Counted from the first letter of the stretch, positions 10,834-22,600 are shown. The stretch: 64,000 nt of DNA from an uncultured Methanosarcinaceae archaeon (GCA_963727895.1 CAVSHT010000004.1:1-64000); one strand, 5' to 3'. Translations and numbers: made by a program. Notes: generated by a model not told the origin, from the sequence alone.

Positions 10834-11424
10834 TTATTTTACAGTTATCATTTTGCTAACTGTCTTTACGCTGTTTAAATAATAGTTTTTAACTGTCAAA
10901 CTTACTGTATAACTTCCTGCTTTTTTATATATGTGCGTAGGGTTCTTTGCTATAGTTTTTCCTCCGTCACCGAAGGTCCATGACCAATATGTAGGAATGC
11001 CAGTGCTTTTATCTGTAAAATATACTTTCAAAGGGGTTTTTCCAGAAACGGGAGATGCAGCAAAGTTTGCGATTAATTTTTGATTCGTTTTTGCGGTTAT
11101 AAAGGAAGTCTTAGTAAGAGTATCACTTCCACCAGGACCCTTTACGGTCAGTGTCACGTCATAGACCCCAGGCTTTTTGAATGTGTGACCTGCTGTTTCA
11201 CTTTCAGTACTATAAGTTGTTGCACCACTTTTGATATTGTGGAATTTCCAGGCCCAGCTTGTAACCTTGCCAGTAACATGACCTGTGAATTTATCGTAAA
11301 ACGGAACTGTTCCAACGGTGGAGGTTACGGTGATACTATTAATCTTTACATTGCCTGTAGCTAAAGCAGTTGGTATTGAAAATAGTATAATTAAAACCAA
11401 TAAAAGGGAGATATGTTTTTTCAT
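10834..11424 (-). CDS. secreted protein with two PKD domains
   Basis: Signal peptide MKKHISLLL...ALA; WSWTFGDG, PTHIYKKAGSYTVSLTV. Confidence 0.92.
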   Translation of the reverse strand: MKKHISLLLVLIILFSIPTALATGNVKINSITVTSTVGTVPFYDKFTGHVTGKVTSWAWKFHNIKSGATTYSTESETAGHTFKKPGVYDVTLTVKGPGGSDTLTKTSFITAKTNQKLIANFAASPVSGKTPLKVYFTDKSTGIPTYWSWTFGDGGKTIAKNPTHIYKKAGSYTVSLTVKNYYLNSVKTVSKMITVK

Positions 11425-11451
11425 ATTCGATGGATACAACAATTAAATATT

Positions 11452-11569
11452 TAGGACTTACGCGCTTGAAGTAAAAAATCAAATATATTCGGCGTTGTGA
11501 CTTAGTTAGTATTTTAGACATTTAGGGGTTTAATGTTATTGATTTATAAGTCCAACTGCGTAAGTCCTA
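11452..11569. mobile_element. MITE with TIR TAGGACTTACGC
   Basis: 118 bp; interior similar to 34221..34338. Confidence 0.85.
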
Positions 11570-11672
11570 TAAATATTTGAGACATATGAAGTGCTCTTAA
11601 ACTGGCTGTAATAATCTTAGAATAAGGGTTATTGCAGCTACAAAAAGAGTGAATATTGAAGTAAGGGAGTGC

Positions 11673-11909
11673 TTAGGGTCTGAACCCCCATGAAGTGCCT
11701 TTCATTTTCTTTTGCATTTTGCCTTGCTCAGATAATTGCAACAATCTAATTTTTGCATAACGAGGATTACAACCAATCTTATCTGCTATTTCTGAAGCCG
11801 TGGCTGTTGCTTCTTCTAGACATTCCTTTGCTGCTTTGATAAAATCATCATCGGTGAACTCTTCCACATATTTCCCTTTTGTTCTTGGTTTGTCTTTCGT
11901 GTAAATCAC
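11673..11909 (-). CDS. winged-HTH transcriptional regulator
   Basis: ATASEIADKIGCNPRYAKIRLLQLSEQGKM plus wing; divergent from 12050. Confidence 0.8.
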   Translation of the reverse strand: MIYTKDKPRTKGKYVEEFTDDDFIKAAKECLEEATATASEIADKIGCNPRYAKIRLLQLSEQGKMQKKMKGTSWGFRP

Positions 11910-11930
11910 CTATTAGTAATAAATTTCAGA

Positions 11931-12035
11931 CTATATAACCTTATGTTAATAATGACATAAGGCATAAGGTATTTATGCAATCAATGCCTAGTATCTTATG
12001 CCTAATATGACATAAAACAAAAGGCATAAGATATA
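11931..12035. promoter_or_regulatory. divergent promoter with multiple CATAAG operator half-sites
   Basis: Perfect IR TATCTTATGCCT (11992-12003)/AGGCATAAGATA (12022-12033); imperfect IR at 11939-11962. Confidence 0.6.
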
Positions 12036-12049
12036 AGGAGCACAACAAA

Positions 12050-12316
12050 ATGAAAATGGGAACATCTCAAAAACAAAATATAGCAGTCCAGCATAGAATA
12101 CGAAACATGAATGAGAAACCACAAGTGATGACCTGTCTAGAATGGAGAAATCATATATTCAAACAAATGCTTAGAGATGAAGCTAGAATTCAATACAGCA
12201 AAGAGCCGGAACTGTTTGTGATAACTTGGCCTGGAAAAGAATCAATGATTGCAACTCCTGCAGACATTGAAGCTGAATGGAGAAGAGTTCATTTGAGGCA
12301 GGGAATCCCTGCTTAA
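12050..12316 (+). CDS. hypothetical 88-aa mobile-element protein
   Basis: AAGGAG RBS; duplicated as a pseudogene at 5971..6237. Confidence 0.75.
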   Translation: MKMGTSQKQNIAVQHRIRNMNEKPQVMTCLEWRNHIFKQMLRDEARIQYSKEPELFVITWPGKESMIATPADIEAEWRRVHLRQGIPA

Positions 12317-12376
12317 ACTTGTTTTTGCTTTCCCTACTATCTTTTGTTGCGCTTAAAAGTGAGTAGGTGTTTGAAA

Positions 12377-12787
12377 ATGATAGCAAAAGTAAGATGTTCA
12401 GAATGTGGAGAAATACACGACGTTGAAATGGAAATCAACTTAAACAATATTCCTGAAAACGTGGGAGAGGATAACGAATGGTGCCAAGGTACCTTTAAGT
12501 GTATAGTTTTCAAAAATTTACACGAATCAATTAGCGATACTAAAACCTCCCCAACTGTAGAAGATGCAAGGATGACAATGAGAGAATTAGAAAAAGATTT
12601 CTTGAATAAAATTACTGCGTTTGAAGAGACTTATGGAATAACGATCCAATACGTTGAAACATATTTAACTGGTATCCCAATGTGGCAGAGGGGAAACAGA
12701 ATGCGGACAAATTCAGTGAATCCCCGAAAAGCGAAAAGCAGGATTCTGAGGAAAAAGCTCCCGCAAGGCTATTCCAAAAGAGAGTAG
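12377..12787 (+). CDS. hypothetical protein with N-terminal CxxC (virus/plasmid-like; 3' frame uncertain)
   Basis: MIAKVRCSECGEIH after an AGGTG RBS; the overlapping ORF 12682..12885 suggests a frameshift or a second gene. Confidence 0.5.
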   Translation: MIAKVRCSECGEIHDVEMEINLNNIPENVGEDNEWCQGTFKCIVFKNLHESISDTKTSPTVEDARMTMRELEKDFLNKITAFEETYGITIQYVETYLTGIPMWQRGNRMRTNSVNPRKAKSRILRKKLPQGYSKRE

Positions 12788-13011
12788 ATAAATTAGACGC
12801 ACTATACAACGAATGGTTCGAAAGATGTCTGCAAAAGGATGAACAAATGCTTATACAAACAAAAACCAGTAATTGTGAAGCTTAAACCAGTACTTACATT
12901 TTAACAATGTTTAATTTATTCATAGTTTTATGTTTTTACAGATCCAAAAAGATGTAGAAATTTGATATTCTACGCAAAGAGATTTAAATAGCTCAAAATG
13001 GAGTGAGATGT

Positions 13012-14013
13012 ATGACTAAAATGACACTAATCGAAGCACTGGAAAAGCTCGCCTTAATCAAAAACAATGGAATAGATACGTTGATTCAAATTCCTGACAA
13101 TACAAATGGGTATTGTTACTTAACTATATCTAGTTCTTTCTTTCTTTATTTCATCAATAGAATTACCGAGTACTTTAGCATTTCAAGACTCTTCGTATAA
13201 CACTTTGTCTTTCTTCTCAACCTTGCCAGAAAGTGCCTCAATATGCTGTTATATTCTTCAATAGTATACGTTTCTGCTTTTGATTGAGTATGGATCTTTT
13301 CTGGAAGAAACTCTGCATATGCTCTCCAGTGATCAGTCATCACTTCTCCAATCTCTTTTTTCTTCAATTTTTTCCAGAGTAGTTTTCCAGTTTCCGTTCC
13401 TCTGCTGCCAAAAGAGCAGTTGATGAACTTTTTCCCAACTCTATCAACAGCAATCCAGATCCAGCAATATTTTTTTTGTTACCAATGTAAGTGTGCATCT
13501 CATCCATTTCAACAATAGATATCTCATTTTCACTCTTTAGATCCTCTAACTCTTGACCAAATTTCTTTATCAATTTTTGGACAGAAACGTGACTTACCCC
13601 TAAAACTCTTCCTATTGAGCGAAAGCCCAATCCTTCAAGGTAAAGTTGTAAAGCCTGTTTTTAACAGAGGCGGAAAAAGCAGTTGATTTTAGCTCTACTG
13701 TATAGTTATATCCACAATCATGGCATTTGTAGCGTTGACGCCCACCAACTATACCGTTCTTTTTGTGACTGGAACTATTACATTTTGGGCAGTTCATGAA
13801 GAAATATATGTTATAAGCATATATATCTATTTTTGTTTACCAATGCCTACAAATGAACCGATTACAATAAGCGAAGCAATTAAAGCGATCCGAAGCCACA
13901 CTTCAGAAATGTCAGAAACTGAGAATTATGTCATAAGTGGTGACAGAATCCAGAAAGTTGGAGATGATGGATATTTAGGCGAGATTGTATATCAAGTAAA
14001 AGAAGAAAACTAA
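13012..14013 (+). pseudogene. ~84-aa hypothetical gene split by IS1
   Basis: Removing IS1 and one TSD gives an in-frame MTKMTLIEALEK...IPDNTN/EPITISEAIK...KEEN. Confidence 0.8.
13109..13847 (-). mobile_element. IS1-family element, full length, with 8-bp TSD TACAAATG
   Basis: GGTATTG.../...CAATGCC ends; TSD at 13101-13108 and 13848-13855; extra frameshift in insA. Confidence 0.95.
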
Positions 14014-14094
14014 AACAGTCTTTACTCTTCATTCAATTTTACGAGAGACTTGCAAAAATGGACGATTCTTGAGTAGCATCAGCAGGTGATGATA

Positions 14095-14951
14095 GGTTCC
14101 GTTGCAAAAAATATCTGTTAAGGATATAATCAAATAAAAGGGAAGTAAAGGATAATGACATGCTATCTAATCCCTTTAAATGGAAGCATTTTGTGGGTGA
14201 AATTATTTTATTGAATGTTAGATGGTACTTAAAATATCCATTAAGTTATCGAAATTTAAAGGAAATGATGGCAGAAAGGGGAGTAGAAGTTGATCACAGT
14301 ACTATCATGAGATGGGTACATCAATATTCACCTGAAATTGAAAAAAAGGTCAGAAGGCATTTAAGACCAACAAACGACTCTTGGAGAGTTGATGAAACTT
14401 ATATCAGAATTAAAGGTAAATGGAAATATTTTTACCGAGCAGTTGACTCAAATGGAGATACAATTGATTTTATGTTAAGTGCAAAACGAGACCAAAAAGC
14501 AGCGAAACAGATTCTTCAAAAAAGCTTTGAATTCTAATCATAATCAAATTCCAAGAGTAATAACAGTTGATAAAAATCCAGCTTATCCACCTGCTATAAA
14601 TAAACTGAAAAATGATAAAATACTACCTATAAACGTAGGCATTCGACAAATCAAGTATTTGAATAACATTATAGAACAAGATCATAGATCCATTAAACGA
14701 ATAGTTAATCCAATGTTAGGATTTCAGTCTTTTAACACAGCTATTAAAACTTTAAAAGGAATTGAAGCGATGAATATGATTAAAAAAGGACAAGTCAAGA
14801 ATCTAAATTACTCTGGTCTTAATGAAGCTAAATATATTAATCAATTATTTGGAATAGTTCTATAATATTGATACATCTTCTTGAATATTTTAACTTCTGT
14901 TCATTGTCTATAGATTTACATGCTTATTCTGAGATTTTTTGCAACGGAACC
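14095..14951 (+). mobile_element. IS6-family element, transposase frameshifted
   Basis: Both TIRs; +1 A near 14505 splits the ORF into 14160..14537 and 14479..14865. Confidence 0.95.
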
Positions 14952-15137
14952 AAGATTATTGATAGATAAGTACCGTTTGGAAAGGCGGTTTTTTAAGCCT
15001 CTGCTTCAGCCAAACTACCATTTCTTCAGGTCCGATTGCTGAAGTTCTGATTCTCCTACCTCCTTGTTTTCTATACCATTTTCGGGCATCTTGGCATCGT
15101 TTTCTTTTATTTCTATTTCAATATACATGTTACTTAT

Positions 15138-17727
15138 TTATCCGTTCTTCATATTTTGCTCTTCCTTCAGCCGCCCGTTGCTGGTGTTCTGATGAGAAAA
15201 GCTGGTGGTTTGATCCAGCCAGGCTTTAAGGTTCATCCCTCTTTGTATAGCATGGTCCCCAACTGCCTTGCTTAATTGACCTATGTTTGTCTTTGCTCCA
15301 ATGAACACAACATGATCATATTTACCCATAGTATTCTTTAATTTCTCCACAAGCTCGTCATGATCATGACTTTCTGGATGTTCATACTCAAAACCATAAC
15401 TCTCTTTTCCTAACATGGCAGACACGTCCACATCATTGTTATGGTGAACTTCGATATCTGTAAATTCTGGTGTAGCTGTTAATATTCCCGCCCATTGAAC
15501 AACAGAGAAATAATGGTCATGCGTCTGGTTCCCGAAGTTTCCATCATATTTTTTAACCTGAATCTTAATAGATCCATCCTCAGCAATTAAACTATCATGC
15601 GCCCAACAACTGATGTTTCCACGACTTAGAATGTTCTGTGGCGTATATTTCACATATCCTAGCCTCTGTAGAGTGAAATCTACATCTTCGCCTTCGATCC
15701 AATCAAGGAATATAACTTTATTCATTTTTGCAAGTTCAATATATTCTCCTTTAATCTTTCCACCAGCAACGGGAGCTGAAGTATCACCTGATGGAGTGAT
15801 TTTCTCTGTCTCAATTTCTTCTTTGTATTTCCCTTTAATTATCGCGTCTTCTTTTGGTGTAGCATGAAACGCAAGTGGAGCGTGAACGTCCCCAATTTTG
15901 ACAATACCTTGACCTTTGGAATCCGTTCTAAGCTCCTTTACAGCCGAATCATCAAGCATTAGGAAATCTTTAATGTTAAGATATTGACTTCGGATCTAAT
16001 TCATAACCTAGAACAATCTTGATAGGTGTATTGGTCATAAATTCTTCTGAGAGTTTGGCTTTTTCCAAATCAGAAAATTGCTGCGTAGCGAAGATCATGC
16101 CTATATCATAACTTCTGCCCTGTGTGAGGATTTTAAGAACCATGCTGGAAAGCTGAGGATCTCGCAGAAACGCGCCCCCTTCATCGATTGCAATAGTCAC
16201 ACCCTTTTTATTACCTGTGGAAAAATAAGTTATAATCATTTCAGTAACCAGAGCGTTCATAGCTTCCTTAATCATATCTAGAACGTTGACAAGATCGATA
16301 ACGGTAAATCCTTTTGATAAATCAATATCAGTTTGCCTGTTCATGTATGTTAGAGTCCCATCTTCCTCAAAGTAATAAGTCTTCCTTAGAAGTGCCTGGG
16401 CTGCTTCTGAAACTTCCGAATCTTTCGATTCTTTATCTTCTCTCCAAACTCTAACAAGGTCTTTCATTAATGGAAAATCCTTATTCATCCATGATTTTGG
16501 ATCATTTCTAAAGATGTCAAAGCATTTGTAAGTCCGATTGAGCGATTTATCAAGGTACGCCTCCATATTGGGGCTAAACGCATCTTTGAACCACATTTTG
16601 AAGAAGTTGTACACAAAAACTTTCTGCCTATCGTATATTGCAGCAGCTTCTAGGGCAGTCAACCCCTTTCCTGTGTGTAAGATTTGCAGCGAGTTAATAT
16701 TCTTACCGCCTGGACCAACGTTGATTATACATGAATCACGTGAAAAATAATTAGCCATGTCAAGGTAACGTGTTTTCCCATCATCCTTCACTGTAATATA
16801 TACTACATTTCTACCCGATGTATAGAGCCTTCCGAGAATTCCAAGTGTGAAATACGTTTTCCCAGAACCGGAATTCCCTATCAGACACATATGCTGATTT
16901 GCTCTTGCTTCTAACTCTACAACAATTGGTTTTCCGGTCTTTCTATTATCCCCAATATACAACTCCTTCGTGCCTTTTGTTAAGCTATTGTCAGGGTTTT
17001 TACAAGGGCACAGACTCCCTACAAAGCTGGAAACCATGTCCACGAAAGTGAACTCTTCAAAATTGGGATATCCTTGACCAGCTCTGTAAGTTTCAAGTAC
17101 TTTCCTAGAAGGGTAAGATCCATAGACTCTATGAGAGTTCAGCACGACCTTAATACGGCTTTTTGCCTTTCTCATTGCACTAGCATCCTCTGCTCATACC
17201 GTAATGATATAAGCAGTGTGACATAATTTCTCTTCATTGTTGTGTAGTCGTTCAATCGTTGCTGCCATATCCCTAGCATCTAATTGCTGAACTATTGCAG
17301 TCATTCCGAGAGGGTTGTTTCTCTCTGTACTGTTTTGGTTGACCTTGTTTCTGAATATTGCATCCTGTAACAACAATTGAGCTTCATGCGTTGGTATCGG
17401 AACAATACCAAAAGATATGGAAATTACCACCCCCTCGATACCAATCTTCATTAGTTTTTCCAAGAAATCTGGCTTAATGTAGCCGGGGTATCCATCTGTG
17501 GAAAGCTGAGGAAGCCCTACTATGATGCACTCCACTAGCATACCATTAACTTCTAGATAATCCTCTGAAACGACTATCTTATCTGGAGATATCAATCTGG
17601 AATAGTTGTTCCACCATAATTGATTTTCAGCGTTTATTTTTGCGTCTTCAACACGTCTGTTCAAATGAGTGAACTTAGTTCTTATTGGATTTACAAGTCT
17701 GTTGTTAATAGTTCCTGCAACACTCAT
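15138..17727 (-). pseudogene. VirB4/TraC-like conjugative ATPase, broken into three frames
   Basis: NQHMCLIGNSGSGKT (Walker A), IAIDEGG (Walker B), QGRSYDIGMIFATQQ; contiguous ORFs 17194..17727, 15976..17175 and 15138..15959. Confidence 0.8.
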
Positions 17728-18597
17728 TTAAATCACCACTGGTAAAGCCATCTGTCTATATTCCTGTGCAATTTTCATCCTGTCAGTAAGCTTTGATATC
17801 TGCTTCATTCCTGCATCTGTGAGGCTATCAACTAGACCTGGAAATTCAGAATCCATCTGGTCAATTGCATCTTGCAAATTATCATAAACTCCAAGCCCAA
17901 AGAAGGCACAGAACGTCCATTCAATGTCTTTCGTGTTCTTATCTCGGATCATTTCATAGATAGAATACAGGTACTCATACACTTTTTTGTTAACGCCTCT
18001 CTTGTTCATCATTTTCAGTAGCTTTTCCAGCAGCGGTTTTCTAAGAGTCTGCCTTGAAATAGCAATGAATTTGATAGAGGTATTTCCTGCAAGTCCGTCA
18101 ATAACTTCCTGCATCCTCAGACCATGCGCGTCTTCGTCTTCATCTTGAACTTGTGGAGGGACGAACTTGATCAAAAGACCGTAATGGTTGTCAAGAAACT
18201 GAATCAGTCCATCTTCGTGGATATTCTTGAGAGGAAACACGTCTTCCAAAAATTTAAGCTCTGTATCATATCTGGCTATTGTGTGAAGTCCTGAATATCC
18301 ATCAAAGAAGAATTTAAGAAAAAGAATGGATTTTTCCAGCTTGCTTTCAGTTGATGCATATTTGTAATACAATCCCCACCAATCAATCAAAGTGGCAACG
18401 ACTAAGCACTCAATTATACTAGATTCAACGAACGCCAGAGGGAGAACAATGAATACGCTAACAAAGACCCACCCCACAACGACCCCGAAGGATTTTAAAG
18501 TAGCTCCGCCGTGTGCTTTATCCTTAACCTTCCTAATTATTTTTGGAGCATTTGCACTATAAACACTTAATCCAGTTTGTGAACTTGTAGATTCCAT
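17728..18597 (-). CDS. membrane protein of the conjugation cluster (two N-terminal TMs, VirB3/TcpE-like position)
   Basis: Abuts the ATPase gene; TM pair followed by a soluble domain; family assigned from context only. Confidence 0.6.
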   Translation of the reverse strand: MESTSSQTGLSVYSANAPKIIRKVKDKAHGGATLKSFGVVVGWVFVSVFIVLPLAFVESSIIECLVVATLIDWWGLYYKYASTESKLEKSILFLKFFFDGYSGLHTIARYDTELKFLEDVFPLKNIHEDGLIQFLDNHYGLLIKFVPPQVQDEDEDAHGLRMQEVIDGLAGNTSIKFIAISRQTLRKPLLEKLLKMMNKRGVNKKVYEYLYSIYEMIRDKNTKDIEWTFCAFFGLGVYDNLQDAIDQMDSEFPGLVDSLTDAGMKQISKLTDRMKIAQEYRQMALPVVI

Positions 18598-19571
18598 TAT
18601 AATGCACCCCTGACCAATCTTTTACCTGTACTGAACGCTTTCGTGAATCCGAGCATAATAACAAGACTGATTCCGAATAGAATAATCAATAATCCAAGAT
18701 ATTCCGGAACTTGAAGCCAGCCTGGACTTTCATTAACAATGGCTAGCCCAAAAGCAGAGAAACTTACCAGTATGCACTGAAGAAGAGTGATTTTGCAAAA
18801 GTACCAGACCATTGATTTAGAAAACTTCAAGCCTGACCTGGTCACTGCGAGTGCTCCTAGAAGAATGTCACAACCTGCAATCAGATCCATTGCTAAAATT
18901 CGCATTCCAATAAAAAGCGACTCAATCCAGCAACCGGTATCCATTATACAATATAGGACCCACTGATTTTTTGTGACCTGGACAGCGTTTAGAACATCCC
19001 CCATACTTGTAAGGGTTAAACCACTGTTCAGTAGAATAACAAACTTGAAAAAATAGTGAATAAACAAGATTCCGATAAATGCCCTAATTAAGCCATGAAT
19101 ATACTCTGAAATCGGCGTATTAGTGTAAACATAGTGTGCTCTTTCTGCAAGACTGATATGAGCACCGCAGGAAAAGTTTACCACCGCAGCACCTCATAAC
19201 ACATACAGCACGAACAGGAACAATCCAATTAAAGCCGTTTTTAGTCGCATGGCTTTGACAGTTGGGCTTTGGTAAGGATCATGATTGTAAGCTGACATCA
19301 TATAAATTGTGCTTACACTTGGTCCATATTTTTCTTTGACCGCGGCTACCTGCTCCGAATAGTCATCTACTGAGGTATTGTTGGAAGTCGGTTTTCCTGT
19401 ATCATAGGAGTAATTGGTTGGGCTCTGCTCTGTTAAAGAATCTGCCCCGCTGATAAACACATCAATGAATCCATTTTTAACAGCCTGTTCAACCGCTTGC
19501 ACCGGATCAGCTGCCATCACCGGCATAACCCGTACTTGAGAGCAACAGGAGCACGAGGAGTACTTTAGCAA
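18597..19571 (-). pseudogene. polytopic membrane protein (VirB6/TrbL-like position), frameshifted
   Basis: ORFs 19194..19571 and 18597..19184 are adjacent; many TM segments; coupled to the next gene. Confidence 0.55.
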
Positions 19572-19859
19572 GCTTCATTTTTCCCTCCGCTCCTGTATTG
19601 CCTTGTTGAGTTCCTTTACTAAGTAAACTAGTAGAGTAAGCAGCTCTTCCAGCATTGCAAGGGCCACCTTAAACATCGTACATGCAATCCATCACAAAAA
19701 CTTGGCAAATAGCAGGGTTATCGTCAAAAACGGAGCTACCAGTAGCCCGATTATCCAGATGATTATATTCATCTGAAAGCCTCCAGGTTCCGGTAACTGC
19801 CAAAAACGAATATTCCAACAATTATAGCAAATAAAAGAGTCTGTGGGGGCAAGAGCTTC

Positions 19860-20270
19860 CAGAAACTAAGCGGTGCCTCTTCTTTAATCTCATAATTTGT
19901 GATGGGTATCTGATTGCCGTAAATATCATACTGGACGATCTGAACCTTAAATTTTATATCTCCAGGGCTGATTATTCAGGAATCACAAGTTGATTACCTG
20001 AAACGTTATCCTCAGGGTTCCAGTAATCTAATGATGAGATGTTTACAAATTTTACACCTTTCGGAGTTGTGTTTATAGTCCCTGTGTGGAGATAATGCCA
20101 TGTTTCAGAATTATTGAACTTGAAACAAACCTTCATTACATCGGGATTTTCAGGGACATAAACAACCACCTGCTTACTAAAAGAATTGTTCAAAATGGTC
20201 ACATAAGCAGTATTGCTTATAGCCGGACTGAAAGTCTCAGGTATCTTTTCAGTATCGAAATAATGAGAAA
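19860..20270 (-). pseudogene. fragment of an upstream gene of the conjugation cluster
   Basis: Beta-rich C-terminal part of ORF 19972..20550; the N-terminal part of that ORF is antisense to another remnant. Confidence 0.4.
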
Positions 20271-20274
20271 CTTC

Positions 20275-20466
20275 CGTTTTTGAGCACGTTAAACCGGTTT
20301 TAGAAGAAGAACTTGATATTTCTTTTGATGCAAGGCTCGCACTTCTGAACTTAGGCCAATTCAAAGACTTGCCGAGATTGAAACTGTTCTTGGGATTGAT
20401 GACTTTTCTTATGACGATGAAGAGCGAGAACCAACTATTCCTGAAAAAATGACAGCTACCTTTTAA
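20275..20466 (+). pseudogene. third, fragmentary homologue of the 233/235-aa backbone protein
   Basis: 20341..20466 reads TSELRPIQRLAEIETVLGIDDFSYDDEEREPTIPEK, matching TSEIRPIQRLAEIETILGIDDFSYDDEDHESTIPEQ. Confidence 0.85.
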
Positions 20467-21225
20467 TGTAAAATATTGGGATTTGAAAAATAGCAAAAGT
20501 ACTAAGATTTTACATTGACCCCTATTAGAACTCAGACAATAGTGTTTCAATAATGGGTGAGAATACTAAAAGTAGAGTTTCTACAATTAACGTTGTAATA
20601 AACAAAGTACTAAACATCATAAAAATATATAAAAAATAGAGAAATTAAAAGATATATATCCACAATTCCAGCTACACATTCTAAGCCAATTACAGCCATT
20701 CCTACAAACATAGGTATCCCAATCATCAATAGGCCTATGAAAGTCAAGCCATAAGCCAGAAAACAAGTAAAAAAGAAGACTAAAGGCTATAGAGGAAATT
20801 TTTACAGAAATTAAAACACATTGCCCGAATATTTTAACTTTTGTTCATTGTTTATGGATTTACATGCTTATTCTGAGATTTTTTGCAACGGAACCTCTCG
20901 GATTTGCAATCAATACTTGAGCTTTAGATTATGAAAGCAATTCTGAAAATTTTATGATTTTGAGAATAAAGTTGGTTTTGGGATGGCCTCAAGATTAAAA
21001 ATGTAAAATTATTAAATATGTTTTTATATCATTTATCACTTTTATTAAAAAGATCCAAATTATATCTAACTGTTGTGTATGCTGTAAATGTGTATAACTG
21101 CATACATAAACATGAAAATATAAGCCCAAAACATGAAAAAACAGAAACTGTCTTCAATGGTTCAAATAACAAACAAAACTTTCAGTTTTAATTTTAAGAC
21201 CATTTAAAAAAATAGGAGGATTAAC

Positions 21226-22089
21226 ATGGGATCAAATGTAATGCTTAATAATATGCACCCAAATATCATGAATATCAACACATTTAACGATGCTTCTGGC
21301 TTAGTCACTGTATCTGTATTCTCTCGCACTTGGGGGCCTGCCAAATCTATATGGAAAGATGTGGAATTACTCTTACCCGATAAAGAAATGATAGCTATTG
21401 GTGGTGGCGGTAAAGGTGTTGAATTTCCAGCCGGAGGCTTCCTGACCGCCTCTTATCCAAATGATGATCTTTCAGGATGGTTAGTCAGCTCAAAAGATCA
21501 TTCGGTTGTCAATCCTCATGAACTAACCACTTATGTTATAGGAATGAAAATTAAAGGAATGAGTAGAGATCAGTTATATACTTCCATAAATATGCAGGTA
21601 GTTGATAGTGGATTAGCATCACATCCGGAAGCTGAAGCCTTTGTTCCTTCAGATGACTTTGTACTTATCAGTGGAGGCTTCAAAGTTGATTATAATGGAT
21701 ATGGGAATATTGCAACTGCTTCCTTCCCCTCATCAAAGTCTTCTTGGAAAGCATGTTCCAAGGACCATATTATTGTAGATCCTGCTAATCTAAGGGTATA
21801 TGCTATTTCTATCAAAAGGGATCTTAAAATTGGCAAAGTTTCGGTATCAATCACCGAGGAAGTTTCTAATCAATCAAATCATCCTGCAGCTGTAGCGACA
21901 GTTCAATCCGGTTTCGCTCTAGTGGGCGGTGGAGCCGAAGTTCATTGGAATGGATTTGGGAACTTACTCTGGAAGTTAGAGCCCTCAATAACAGTATCTC
22001 AGAGTTTCAGCGCAGCATCTAAGGACCATGTAAAAGAGGACCCAAGCACTATCACAACTTATGCTATGGGAATTAGTATTAAAAAGTAA
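21226..22089 (+). CDS. 287-aa protein with three internal repeats (GGG...SKDH...P..(L/I)..Y.I)
   Basis: AGGAGG RBS; SKDH occurs three times; intact ORF with a downstream hairpin. Confidence 0.85.
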   Translation: MGSNVMLNNMHPNIMNINTFNDASGLVTVSVFSRTWGPAKSIWKDVELLLPDKEMIAIGGGGKGVEFPAGGFLTASYPNDDLSGWLVSSKDHSVVNPHELTTYVIGMKIKGMSRDQLYTSINMQVVDSGLASHPEAEAFVPSDDFVLISGGFKVDYNGYGNIATASFPSSKSSWKACSKDHIIVDPANLRVYAISIKRDLKIGKVSVSITEEVSNQSNHPAAVATVQSGFALVGGGAEVHWNGFGNLLWKLEPSITVSQSFSAASKDHVKEDPSTITTYAMGISIKK

Positions 22090-22117
22090 TCGAGTAAGAT
22101 ATTAAAAATTCAACCAT

Positions 22118-22166
22118 GAGCCTGAGAATAAGCCCTTGTTTTATTCTCAGGGTTCGACCTTTTTTA
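22118..22166 (+). terminator. hairpin followed by a T-run
   Basis: CTGAGAATAA/TTATTCTCAG 10-bp stem, then TTTTTT. Confidence 0.55.
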
Positions 22167-22600
22167 AACTTAAATACTCTCTTTTAACTCTCTAATTTTC
22201 AGACTCCACATACAAATATTCATTTTAAAATCGGTCAAAAAATTGCAATGGAAATATGCCAACCAAAAAATAGCCCAACATCCTAAAAATTTCCATTGGA
22301 AAATCATTTCAGATCATTAACACAATTAGTATGAAAAACTAAACAATTCGTAACATTTACTTAAATATGAATTCTGATTTTACCTTCGTTTCCTGTGGAA
22401 AAATAAAGTTTGGGTCACCCTTCGAAAATGATAGATTAATCTCAGATTTTCGGGTCTTTTACCCAACTCAATGAGATAAAACGCCATCGGTTGAAACGTG
22501 GATATGTGTTTTGTTCACAACCTATTCCAAAGACTATAGACAGGATTTTGAAAAACGATATCAGTATAATTGATATTTTAAATTGCTATATTCTATGGCC

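Noticed and set aside
19972..20550. 192-aa ORF as a real gene
   Set aside because: Its N-terminal half is the antisense of a backbone-protein fragment; it is a chimera.
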